From NCBI GenBank assembly GCA_965113315.1, contig OZ220367.1: a stretch of 64,000 bases of DNA; one strand, given 5' to 3'. Under the pieces are notes generated by a model. That model worked only from the letters and a program-made list of their open reading frames with translations, had not been told where the DNA came from and made no database searches. This document shows positions 12,067-24,070 of this stretch, one piece after another (position 1 is the stretch's first letter; each line of letters opens with the position of its first letter). This DNA comes from Podarcis vaucheri (taxonomy: Eukaryota). Made by a program: the position numbers and the translations under genes.

Positions 12067-12879
12067 CTTTGGGTTATTTCCAATTCAAACTGATCAATAT
12101 TCCAAACCACACTTTGTCTTACCAGCATTATAATACACCTCAAAGTAATGGTTTGACCCCTGGCTGACAGTCTATTGAATGTTGTCAGCAAATACTAGAT
12201 CATGTTGTCAGCATATGCTAGATCTTTCTAATGCAATGATTAATTGACTCACTGGGAATGTTTAGCAACAGGTAATGAGATATTGACTATATCAACCATA
12301 CTATGATCCGGCTGCCATGAGTAGTGACTAATATACCGAGACCTAAACACATCACATGGTTATTTAACATATCTTAACTTTGACATAAGTGAGATTAGGA
12401 TTGCAAACCAAAGTGTTCTTTTCCTGGCTTCCAAATAGCAGTACCATCCTATTTTAACTGTTGGTTGTGTGTGTGAATTCAAATGCATGCATCATTTCCT
12501 TAAATACCCTAAGGAGTTCCCATTTAGCTATCCTAACTAAGAGTTCTCGATATGCCTTTCATAATAGGTTTCCTCCCTAAATTGCATTGGTAGTAGGTCC
12601 AGTCATATACCCCCTAAAAATCCAGTGCAAAGGGATATAATAATTAAAACTCTTCTAGAAAAGGACTGTGATTTGCTGTTCAGTTTAACCTTTCTTATGG
12701 AACACGAAAACTGGTTTGGCAGCAATTTCCCCAGGTTTCATGCAGGTGTCTTTCATAATCCTGGTTCAGATCTTTTAAATTTGCAAATACTGTCTATAGA
12801 AAATGTATGTAGTCATCCCTCATTTTTCTTTTCTCTGTCAGATAGCAGCTATGAGATGTAATATTTCTCTTTTTGTGAC

Positions 12880-13625
12880 TTCTTCCCGTTTACAAAAAGT
12901 TGGAAAAACCCATTGTATACAGAATTCCATGTCAGATTTTAAACTTGAGTTTAATTATTTCTTATGCTATGGATCTGTTGGTTATAATGAAAATGGTTGT
13001 GTTTGGGAAATGTAATGTGAGTTCTATCATCTATGCAATAATGCTTCAAATACTTGAAGGTAGCTTTTAGTGCGGTGACAAAATATGTCCTGAAATTTCT
13101 TAACATTTTTCTTTGCCTGTGAAAGAAGCATCTGTTTTCCTGAACTTGAGAATCTCTGGGTGGGGTGGGGGGAATTGAGTTCATTTCTTGTTGCAAAAAT
13201 GGTCATGGGTGTTGTGTGTTTGTGCTGCCTCCCGCTAAGCATTCCCCCAGAGCTCAGCAGCTTCTGTGGGTGTCTGAATGTTCTGATCTGGGGGGAAAAT
13301 CCCATCGGAACTTATGACATTTTCACCTACCCCTCCTCAACGACCGCTCCTGCCCCCTTCCTCTGGTCACACTTGTTTGCTAAGATCCTTCTTAAATTAT
13401 TGTGCACAGACCTGAACACAGTACCCTGGCTGAAGCCTGGTCACAGTAGAATAGAGCAATACCATGACCCTTCTCACAACACTACCATTCCGTTGATGCA
13501 AATCTGGAATTGCATTAGCTTTTTCAGGCACCCAAATTGAACTGCTGTCTTGTGCTTCATTCCTGCTATACTCACTTACACATTGCATGCCTGTTACAAA
13601 AACACCTGAACTTTCCCTGGCTACA
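12880..13625 (-). mobile_element. Old CR1 fragments
   Basis: Minus-strand peptides KANAIPDLHQRNGSVVRRVMVLLYSTVTRLQPGYCVQV and ATFKYLK are degenerate CR1 ORF2 motifs ([26 protein letters not shown]; FKYLK). Confidence 0.65.
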
Positions 13626-14394
13626 TAATTGAAAGGCAACTAAACCTCAGTGTGCTGACCATGGTATTTCTCAGGGCACAGGTAAGTAAGCAGCAATATG
13701 CTCAGTAGGAGACGTCAGATTTCATTTTAGGCACAATTGGGTGTCAACATTTGAATACAAAATTCATCCTGTTTTGGTTTGGAAAGAAGCATTTTTGGCT
13801 GGGTGGAGGAAAACACTATTGTAGTCTAAAATTATCACAGTTGATCATAAACTTGCTTTTCTGTATAGCCCTCCCTCATTAATAATATTGACCACATTAG
13901 GATTATTTTTAATAAAATGGAGCACAAGCTTAAAATAACTTGTGCTGAACTTTTTGAATTGCAGTCTTACATTCTGGCTTTTAAAGCATTCTGCCACCAG
14001 GAACATCATTTATTTCAATAGGGCTTGGTGCCAACATAAGTCCTGAGTGTGATGCCTCACCTGTAAGAAAAGATGCTGTAACCGGTTTGAAAATGCTGGC
14101 GTTGGATTTTGCCTCTGGCAATCTAGTACACAAAATGATGGAGTGTGGAGGTCATATTCAGACTATAGGAGGTTCCAGCCACCTTTGAAAACTTGTGCAA
14201 AAGTTCACTGAGGATGTAGAAAGTTCTGCCTGCTTCTGTCTGCAGAATTTTATTACACATCTGCTTTTGAGCCTGAGAATAAAGCAAGGCCTACCAAACT
14301 GGATCTCTCTTACAAGGTGGCTGCAAAGCAAATAGACCACTCTGTGTAGCTTGGAGAAAGGATTAGCATAAATATATATATTTTTAACTGGCTG

Positions 14395-14513
14395 CAGCTG
14401 ATGAGAGTTGTTGCACTACAGCTCCCATAAGCCCAGCCAGCATGACCAATGGCCAGAGATGATGGGAGCTGTAGTCTATTAAGACTTGGAGGGCACCATA
14501 TTAGCTATCCCTG
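14395..14513. mobile_element. Short palindromic squamate MITE (related copies near 23540-23630, 31970-32080, 35660-35780, 56250-56345)
   Basis: Internal inverted repeat actacagctcccat ... atgggagctgtagt, recurring in the window. Confidence 0.65.
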
Positions 14514-14657
14514 TTGCGCATCAACCTATGCAAGAAGCCTCTTCTTTCCTTTCATTAATGCATCTGCATTAAGCGAATGGGGAAGTCTTCTTGCCCAAAA
14601 CCTATGTGTGGGCATTGCATTGGAAACGACATTTTGGGGTGACATATCTCATCTACA

Positions 14658-15023
14658 GGGGACATGGATGGTGCTGTGGGTTAAACCACAGAGCCTAGGA
14701 CTTGCCGATCAGAAGGTTGGCAGTTCGAATCCCCGCGACGGGGTGAGCTCCCGTTGCTCGGTCCCTGCTCCTGCCAACCTAACATTTCGAAAGCACGTCA
14801 AAGTGCAAGTAGATAAATAGGTACCGCTCTGGCGGGAAGGTAAACGGCTTTTCTGTGCGCTGCTTTGGTTCGACAGAAGCAGCTTAGTCATGCTGGCCAC
14901 ATGACCCGGAAGCTGTCTGAGGGCAAATGCCGGCTACCTTGGCCTATAGAGCAATATGAGCATCGCAACCCCAGAGTCGGCCACGACTGGACCTAATGGT
15001 CAGGGGTCCCTTTACCTTTACCT
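14658..15023 (+). mobile_element. Sauria SINE, full length
   Basis: tRNA-derived head with A/B boxes (tggtgctgtggg, gttcgaatc), (acctt)n tail, 13-bp TSD tatctcatctaca (14645-14657 / 15024-15036). Confidence 0.95.
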
Positions 15024-15109
15024 TATCTCATCTACATTCCACTACTATTCCAAGGAGTCTCAGAAAAAATGTAGGGATTATTGCTGTTGTTGCAATTTAT
15101 TACTCACCC

Positions 15110-15320
15110 TTCACTTATTATTTACAGAAATTAAGGTGGATCCTAAAAAAATATACAACCCAGGTGTCAAAAGCCAGGGGATTGAGGTGCATCTTGAGCA
15201 TTCACTGAAGGCTGTATCATGAGAATGCCTGATGGACCTCCGTGGGAAAGCAGTTCCACAACTTAGAGGCTGCCACAGAGAAAGCCCTCCCCTGGGCTAC
15301 TGCCACCTAGAGCTTCTGAG
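15110..15320 (-). mobile_element. L2 3' remnant
   Basis: gggaaagcagttccacaac...gctgccacagagaaagccct is the reverse complement of the RAFSVAA..LWN motif. Confidence 0.55.
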
Positions 15321-15599
15321 GGTACTAGCAAAGCAATACAGTCTGTTGGGAAGGATGTGGTCTTTCAACCTACATAATCCAGTTTCCAAATCATATATGC
15401 ACAGATCAGATACCCTGCTGTAGATTTTTGCCTTCCAGTGCACAGAAGACAACAGGGCAAGGCAACAGGGCAAGAATCCGATACTCACCCTCACACATTC
15501 ATCACTGGATCCCTAAATAGGGCTTTGGTCAATGCTAGCACAGTTTGAGCTCTAGCAGTGGACAGATACATCAGCTCCAGTCTCGGTTTTTCAATCTCT

Positions 15600-15902
15600 G
15601 CAAGAAAAATGACATGTCTTTTTATGTGCATCATCACTTAAAATATACATTTTTTGTATACAGTTTCCCCTAATATGCAAGTTTGTACGTTATTTTCACA
15701 AGTCTAAGCAATTTTTGTGTGCTTGTTCTTCCCTGAGAACTTTTCGTTCTCACTTTTTGGTTTGAGAACTGGATCACAAAATTCAGGGAATTGAAGGTTT
15801 CGAAGGAATGTGGCATTTTGGTTCCTGTATCGTTTTGTGAAGTGCAAATTAGGTGGGTTGACACTAAAACGCAAAGCAAACCATTTTCTCCCCCATCCCC
15901 TA
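15600..15902. mobile_element. Degraded non-autonomous DNA transposon (related pieces near 28520-28830 and 50500-50850)
   Basis: Ends in a catcccta-like hAT terminus; similar low-complexity internal sequence recurs in the window. Confidence 0.4.
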
Positions 15903-18142
15903 ACCCACAAATGCATGTAAGTCATATTATTGCCTCATGGACCAAAATGAACTGCTTTAACCAGACATATGATACGTTTGTCAGAGACATTTGGTTAGAA
16001 GAATCTTTAAGAATGTTGTGAATGCTACTGGCCAATGTCCTATGAAGACTGTCGAGGTATATAAAAATCTTGGCGGATGACAAATTGCCCAAACTTGGAG
16101 ATGTACTTGGAGGTTCATTTTACGTGCAATGCAAGGAAAGGCAGAAGTTCATAGATAATATTTTTAAACAATAAGACAGAAACCAAAATCCCTCCCAGGT
16201 AATCAGGTAACACTGCCGTGTGGTAACATGATAAATGAGATCGGAAAGGAAAGCTATCCTTCTGAAGCGGCAGTCCCACGAAAGATTAGATTTGAACACT
16301 TGAGACAGGAAATGGCAAATGACTGTGAATGAAAAAGGATGAGGAGGAACTAAGTAAATGAATGGAGAGAAATGGGAATTGGGAAGAAAGGAAGAAATAA
16401 ACTGTGCCGAACTTAACTGGGCTCAAAGTTAAGAGAATCAAACAGGTAGACGATTAGCTGTCTAAAATATCTGAAGAAAAATGGCTTGCTTCCGTTTACC
16501 ACAGTACAGCACATGCAGCTCAGGCTTTTGACTAAATGTAGGTTAAATTATCTGCAGCTGATGGAGGTGAAGGGGCATTACGGGGCTCAAAATGGGATGA
16601 GTAGCTCTTGGCCCAGCTAGCGTTGAGGACATGGTTCATTTCTTAACAAAATATCTCTTGTACTTAGATCTCAGGACTTGTTATGTGGAGCCCATAATAG
16701 TTGGATTTAGTCCTGACCCCCTTCAGATAAAACACTGTTTCTTTTGGTGGGAGCAGGTTATTAAGCATCATATAGAACTGCTGTGGAGAAGCAAATATTG
16801 TCAACTACATATGTGATTGCAAATTGTTTTGAACCATTTTTAATTTTGTGTTTTGATTGCTGCAACCCATCCTGGGACCTTAAGGATGAAGGGTGGGTAA
16901 TTAATAATAATTATAACAGGACACAAGTACAGCAGGTTGTCTGCTGCAAACCTTCTCCTCCAGTGTATGGAAGGCAATAGGGTCAGGCAATGGGGATACA
17001 ATGGAGAGGACAGAGTCAGGGCTGACAAATGGTCCTTGCATTACTTTGGCAACACATTGCTACACCACTGTAGCTTCACTTGTGGGGATTTTTTTAAAGT
17101 AGGGCCCAAGATGTTGTGTTGGGTTTAGAGTGTGTTTCTTGCTTTGTTTTGCATAGCACAGGATATATTTTTTTGTAAAAATACTTAACAACTTCAATTG
17201 TCATTTGCTTTCATTCATTCCTATCTCTTTCCCCAGTGTTGCACTTGCACAATAACTTTTGCACTTTTCTTCTCTCTCTCTTTTGCAGTTTCTTACTGGG
17301 AGAGAACTAGCTTGAAAAATTCATGCTCTCCTTTCTTGCTTGCTCTTTTGAGCTACAGAGGAAACAAAGTCATCTTTTTTATTATTTACTGCTACCTTTA
17401 ATTTTTGATGATCGCCCAAATAAAACTTGTTGCATAAAAGTAGCAGGATTTCATTATGTAATGAGAAAGTTAATAAGTGAGCTCGTCGTGAGCATGCCAG
17501 AGCCACATAAAAACACATACTGACACACTTGGTCTTGTAAAATGAATCCTGTGCCTCTGCTGCAACCTTGCTTGTCAAGTAAATTACTGAAGCAGTAAAT
17601 GCAAATTAACACAGATTATATGATAAACCGCTACAGAGAAAAATCTTGATTTCCAACGTTCCCCCCCCCTTTTTTTTACAAGCACTAAGGACATGAACAT
17701 AATTAGAGTGTTGGACTAGGATTCTGGAGACCTGGATTGACATCCCCACTCAGCCATAAAGCTCACCAAGGCCACATTCACACCATACATTTAAAGAAAT
17801 GGGATACCCCTTTAAACAGTCATGGCTCTTTGCAAATAATTCTGGAAGCTGCAGTTTTCTGAAGGTGCTGAGAGTTAGGAGACACCTCCCCATTCCCCTC
17901 CCAGGGCTCAAATTCCTAGAGCTCTCTGGGAAGTGTTGGCATGCAACCAAGGAAACGGGGGCAATTGGCAGGCCCCCAGCTGGCTCCAGCCCACCGGCCG
18001 GTGTGCCAGGCGATCTCCGGTCCTTGATGCAGCATCTGTGACCCAAGCTTCAGAAGCTAGGGCACGCTACTCAGCAGAGTAAACGCTACGCAACAGAATT
18101 GGCAGGAGAAGTTGTGTGAGCATATTTACAAGCAGTTTATTT

Positions 18143-18589
18143 ATTTATTTTTAAAGATATTTATTAAAGTTTTTAAAATATAACAATGAAAGTGAAAAAT
18201 AAAAAGAAACAAAATACAAAATACAACATAAAAACCGGTAAAAAACAAATAATTTTTAATAACATATCTTCCTTACACTTATTTCCCCAGACCTCCTCAT
18301 ACCTCCCTTCTTTGTATTCCACTTCAATTTGTTAGTTCAGCAAATCCTTACCATTAAGTTTTTACCCATTTGTAAGCCTTTTTTGTTCGTATCTCCTAAA
18401 GCATTACAGCTGTAAACCCCTTAGTTTCTATCCAACATCCTTCTAGCATTCATTAATTTTACAATATTTCTGTAAATAGTCTTTAAATTCTTCCAGTCTT
18501 CTTTCACCATCTCTTCTCCCTGGTCTCAGATTCTGCCAGTCATTTCTGCCAATTCCATGTAGTCGATCACCTTCATCTGCCATTCTTTG
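18143..18589 (-). mobile_element. L1 3' fragment
   Basis: Encodes EWQMKVIDYMELAEMT, homologous to the C-terminus of ORF2 at 58356. A-rich tail; 14-bp TSD caagcagtttattt (18129-18142 / 18590-18603). Confidence 0.9.
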
Positions 18590-19424
18590 CAAGCAGTTTA
18601 TTTGGCATACATCAGGACAAAAGAAAACATGCCTGCTCTGCTTCGTGTCCAAAGCAAGCAGCATAAAGCAAAAGCTATACACAAACAGAAGCTCCCAGCA
18701 AGCTGGGACAGACATGTGACATACAACAATTCCACACTTCTGTTCTTAAGGTGGAATGGAATATCCCAACAGGAAGATGGATTGATCATTAAAGCCCTCT
18801 GAGGAAGTGCCCAAGGAAAAGGGTCCCAGGGAAGGTCCTGGAGGGAGGGATTTATCTCATCTCATCCCCTCCTACCCCTACTAGTCACCACAATGTGAGA
18901 CACAGGCTCTGACTCCATCTCTGGAGGTGTGAGAGGATGGTCTGTCTATTGCCTATTGTCCCACCACCTCCAGAATTGTCAGAAATCTTGTCTAGTATCA
19001 CTTCTCTTTGTGGGTGTGGTGGTCTGCTATCCAGCCAGCCTGTCTGCCTCTGAGGAGGCGCTAACACCTCCTTCATCACCCAGGTCTTGAACAACAACAC
19101 AGATGTGTACAGATGGGGCCAGTGCAGCCATCTTGTGGAAGTGTTACTTTGCTTACACTGTCTAAAGATGAGAGCTGCTTGCTGTTGTCGGACCCTTTCC
19201 CTCATATTGGGGTTGTAGGGGGCCTGTTGTTGCAGGATCAACATATCTACTTGTGTAGCCATGTGTAGCACCTGCTGTGCCTTTGAACTGCGTTTTGCCT
19301 ATCTAAGCATTAAAGATTTGGGTAGAAACAGTGACCAGAATTCAAGTGTGGGCCAGGACTGTGTGGAGGCACCAAATAATTATTTGCTGCCCACATATTT
19401 GTAACTTGCTACCTAAAGCAGCAT

Positions 19425-19781
19425 GGGGACACGAGTGGCGCTGTGGGTTAAACCACAGAGCCTAGGGCTTGCCAATCAGAAGGTTGGCGGTTTGAATCCC
19501 TGTGTTGGGGTGAGCTCCCGTTGCTCGGTCCCTGCTCCTGCCAACCTAGCAGTTCGAAAGCACGTCAAAGTGCAAGTAGATAAATAGGTACCACTCCTGT
19601 GGGAAGGTAAACGGCTTTTCTGTGCACTGCTCTGGTTCACCAGAAGCAGCTTAGTCATGCTGGCCACATGACCCGGAAGCTGTACACCGGCTCCCTCGGC
19701 CAATAAAGCAAGATGAGTGCCGCAACCCCAGAGTCGGCCATGACTGGACCTAATGGTCAGGGGTTCCTTTACCTTTACCTT
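19425..19781 (+). mobile_element. Sauria SINE, full length, no TSD
   Basis: Close match to 14658-15023; (acctt)n tail. Confidence 0.93.
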
Positions 19782-19845
19782 ATTTCAATATGAATAGGAA
19801 AATAAGAGTACCCCTAAACATTCTTTTTAGGGGGGAAAAGGCACT
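19782..19845 (-). mobile_element. hAT MITE terminal fragment (family of 6803-7807)
   Basis: Reverse complement reads cagtgcctttt...atgtttaggggtactc, matching the left end of the 6803 element. Confidence 0.6.
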
Positions 19846-20364
19846 GCTCTGTTTCTTTCATTTTCATGTAATAAACTAATCTTTTTCACTTCCTGGTGTG
19901 GCAAGTTATTTATTAGGTACAAGAGTTAAAAGTATACACACCATTCTAATTGACATACCTCCTGTCTCCATGTTCCATTCCTCTCAGTAGTGCACCTTGG
20001 GTCCATGCACATGGTGGACATGTGTTCGGGTTGAACACATACACCTTGTAACAAATTCCATACTAGCTTTTTTAAAAAAATGTTTTCAACACAAATGGAC
20101 AGGTTGGGCAGATGGGAAACATGCAATATAATTGATTGGAAACAAATATAATTTATCGTAAGAAGTTGCTTTGGTCATGCAGAACCTCTTAGCAACCGTT
20201 TCAAGATTACTCAATCTCAGACAATGTTTGCAGATGTATGTTTTAAAGTATATTAAAAACCTAGAGGGGCAAAATTCCCTCTCCCCCGAATCAAACTTAT
20301 AAGGACTGAGAATATTAAGGACGAATCAAATGCTGAGTGCCCATTGGAAAAAGAAAATAGAAGA

Positions 20365-20775
20365 GATGGAAAGAAGATAAAGTCCCGACCAGAGAAGAAT
20401 GGCAGATTAAGTTGATAGACTATGCTGAAATGGCAAAAATGACCAGAAGAGTCAGAAATCAGGAAGACCAAAATTTTAATAAAGAATGGGGAAAATTTAT
20501 AATTTATCTTAAAAACCATTGCAAATAGTTAAAATTGTTAGTAGGATTGGAATAACACTTGTTGTTTAATGGGGAGTTTTGGATATAATGGAGTTGTTAA
20601 AGATTTGGATTATTATAAAAGATGCAGGAGGAAATTATTAGCAATAGGACCCACGAAGGGAAGGAGGGAAGTCCACGAGATTCTGTGGAATCTTGTCTTT
20701 ATGTTGTATGTTGGATATGTGACTGTAAAACTAATTTGAAAAATCTAATAAATATTTTTTAGAAAAGGAAAAAGG
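20365..20775 (+). mobile_element. L1 3' fragment (different subfamily)
   Basis: RWKEDKVPTREEWQIKLIDYAEMAKMT...EWGKFIIYLKNHCK*, followed by a 3' UTR, AATAAA and an A-rich tail. Confidence 0.85.
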
Positions 20776-21535
20776 AAATGGAAAACTGGGTAAGCTGGGT
20801 TCCTGTCTGGAACCTTGTAGAACAGTGTTCCTATTAGGAGGACTCATGCGCTGCAAGAATCTGCTTGCATCTCCTACTTGTTGATTCCTTTCTCCGTGAT
20901 CAAGTGCCATGCTATTCAGAAGCCTAGAGGGAGAGGGTCATTTTTCAGAGCCAAAGAACATCCTGGCATTTATTTATTTTTTACTTTGAATTATTTCACA
21001 AGCCAGTCGTGAAATTGGACCCACGGGTCCTCAGCAGTTGCAGCTAAAACGAGCTGATAACAAGTACGCATATACCGCGACTACTATCTTTTAAAGAAAT
21101 GACTTGTCTAAAAATTAGAATGGTTTTTAAAATGTCTTTTTATTAATGATATATTCTCAGATGCATCTAGCTCTTTAAGCTGATGCACATTATTATCGTG
21201 TGATAATAAACCAAACTCTGCAGTCTGATCCCAAAGCTTCTTTTCTGATTTATTAGTGTTTGGATCACAGTAGCAGTTTCCAAACATATACCAGGCTTGA
21301 CCCTTCTGCAGTTTCTCATTACTGTATAGGCAAAGAAAGTCATTCATGCCTAAAATCCTCTATCCTCACACTTTCACATTATAGCTTTGGGCTAGGACAC
21401 CACTTAGCTTGATCAGTGAGAGCTGATCAGGATTGAGCTAGGATTTAATATGGAATATGCTTTGCTAATAGTGTAGAATGCTGGTGATCTCAAATTTGCC
21501 TACATTATAATGTGCTACAGGATTTGTTCTCCACC

Positions 21536-21682
21536 CAGTGGTGTAGCGTGGGGGGTACAAGGGGGGCCGGCTGCACCGGGCGCAATATCTGGGGGTTAGG
21601 GTTAGGGGGCGCAAATCCACTGGTTAGGGGGCGCAAATTACTTGCCTTGCCCCAGGTGCTGACAACCCACGCTACGCCACTG
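21536..21682. mobile_element. hAT MITE, 147 bp
   Basis: TIR cagtggtgtagcgtggg / cccacgctacgccactg; perfect 8-bp TSD tctccacc (21528-21535 / 21683-21690). Confidence 0.92.
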
Positions 21683-21959
21683 TCTCCACCAGAGAAATAC
21701 AAGGCTGATGAATGGAGAGGAATCCCTGCGGCCATTGTCTTCTGTCCAAGGTCCTCAATACAGCAGCTCAAGGAGTGTTCTGTGATAGGCTTCTGTAAAC
21801 ATGTTTACTTGTATGTAAAGCTGAGGCTGCTGTGGACACCAGAGGCCATCTTGGCTGTGCAACCTGGAAGACCTGCTCCCTGCCTTGCAGGCCTTTTCCC
21901 ACCTGGCCTGGGAGTGTGGGGACCTGACTGACTCCAGCTACAAAACCTATTCCTTCAAA

Positions 21960-22775
21960 GGTTATTGCGTGATCAGGTTGCAACAGCCACAGCCCCCAGA
22001 GATCACAAGAAAGGAATAAAGACTGACAACACGTTATGGAATTAAAATTAGGCCACAACTTTATTAAACTTCCAAATGTAGGAAGAGCTTGGCTTAGGCC
22101 TTTGGCGTGTACCCCTCCCAGCCCCCCAGCCGGGGGAACTAGGGAACACCAGGGTAAATGGGATATGGGGGTGCACTGAAAGACGTATGTGTGGCAGGCA
22201 GCCCAGCCCATATCGCCGCAGTCAGGGTAGTTCACTGACAGCCTTTCGGTGTATGGCCAGTGACACCCATTATATAACCCCTTTTAAGAGGGGACCCTGG
22301 AATCAACGCTGCAGGGGGGTGAGTCACCACTTCACACACACACACACACACAGTATAGGGAAGAAAAGACTAAAGGATTCCACCCAAGGCCATAAACCGC
22401 CAAAGTTGTGACGAATTGCTATGGGGAAGACAAAACCTGCCAATGCAGGAAAATTTCTTCCTAGTCATTCAACAGCAACCAGTCAAAGACCACAGCAGGG
22501 CCCACTAAACAGGAAGAAAAAGTTAACCTGCAAAGAAGAAAACATTAAACTAAGGGAGGGTAGGCTGGGAGAATCTCCTAAGCCGACTGCCTGGCTACTG
22601 TTGGCTCCACCCCCATATATAAATGGGGCTGGCCCCACCTCCCAGCATTGAAACTTGACTACTGAGGCAGGGCATGAACCTCCAAATGATAACACTGAGA
22701 GGCAGGGCAGTCTCTTTTTGCCATTAAGTTCCCTGGGAACTTTAGCACCGCACGCGATCCCACAAAGGGCACCCA
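21960..22775 (-). mobile_element. LTR-like retroelement repeat, copy B (best preserved; possibly DIRS/Ngaro-type)
   Basis: On the minus strand: TATA-like tttatatat (about 22623-22615), ENE-like core (22461-22425), AATAAAGTTGTGGCC (22065-22051). I saw no TG..CA ends or TSD. Confidence 0.65.
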
Positions 22776-24070
22776 CAATATAAAGTGTGAGTGCTCATTG
22801 TCTGTGCTCATAGGTGGTGGAGAATGTGCATTGAAGGGGCTAGAGCCATCAGGACAATCTCACCCCCTCACTGTGCATGTGTACAGTTCTCTAACACGTT
22901 GTTCCTCGACACATGATTTCAACATAGCCAATGGGGTGTAGTCTTTAAGGGGCTGGATTAGGACATGGGAGAGCAGGGTTCAAACCTCTGTTCATTCTTG
23001 AAAATCCTGAACTGTAATTTCTCCAAGTGCCAGTCCAGTCTGCCAATTCCTTCTGCTGCAAATTGCTACTGCTGAAGGAGTGGTCAGTTTCCCAAGTTTC
23101 TAGCAGTGTGAAGTTCTGTGCATTTCTACTTCTCTCAAATCATTTCCTGACTTAACAAGGCTATTGAAGTCTGAGATAAATAACAGACTCCAGGAAGCAA
23201 CATCAGCACACTTTTATGTTGTTTTAAAATGTGGAATTATTACATTTGGAAATAAATGTCACACTCAGCATATTATTATAGCACTGGCCAGTGAAACATA
23301 AAGTAAAAATTGGGGAAAACATTATGGGGACCCAGAAATTGTAGCAATAAAAAATAAAATGAATGGAGATGAGAGGGAGGGGGGAACACACAAATAAAAC
23401 AGAGCAATTATTCCTCACTCATAGCCAGTAAAATAGGACAGCGAAGTAAATTATTCCCAGACAATATTCAGATAATAGCTTGAAGATACACAGTGCATCT
23501 CTATTCTTGCAACTGTGAATTAAATCCCCAGGTTTTGGGCTAAATGTCTCATCATCTCTGCCCATTAGCCATGTTGCCAGGGGCTGATGGGAGTTGTAGT
23601 CCAAAGCATGTGAAGAGCATCAGGCTGGGGGAGTACTCTATAAACTTTGTGGCTGTGAAATTGCCTAGTAACAATATATTAGCCACATTATGCACCTCTG
23701 AGCAAGAGTAGAGTAAAACTGCAGCCAACCAACTAATCAGTCAATCAGTCTTGTACCTCTATTCATTCTTTTCTTTGTAATCAGCAGGCATCCGAGGCTG
23801 CTAACATTAGGTTAAAGAGCTGAACTACTGTTTTGTTTTTTAAAAAAAGGAGAGACCCAACTTAATGACTTAATTCTGGGAGGGGGAATTCTACCTAAAG
23901 CCAGCCATACAGACAATTTCCACCATTATTTTACTAAGGGAATTTTCTAAGAAAACTTCAATGTTAAGAGCATGTTAAAATGTATGCAAATCCTGTGATT
24001 AATGCATCTGTGCATGTCACAACAACTATTTATGTATACAGTGTGGAAATTAAATATATGAATAAACTCA

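Noticed and set aside
12179-12225. 23-bp tandem duplication (tgttgtcagca..a..ctagatc x2) as a CRISPR-like or functional array
   Set aside because: Only two units with no spacers; an ordinary local duplication in a eukaryotic genome.
14658-14745. tRNA gene
   Set aside because: The A/B boxes belong to the Sauria SINE head; no cloverleaf. The same applies to the Squam3-like heads.
18885-19271. 128-aa minus-strand ORF in non-repeat-looking DNA
   Set aside because: No recognisable motif or splice support; the length is compatible with chance.
21010-21045. Minus-strand ctgctgag-gacccgtgggtc-caat as a hammerhead ribozyme
   Set aside because: The core is CUGCUGA instead of CUGANGA and the GAAA is missing.
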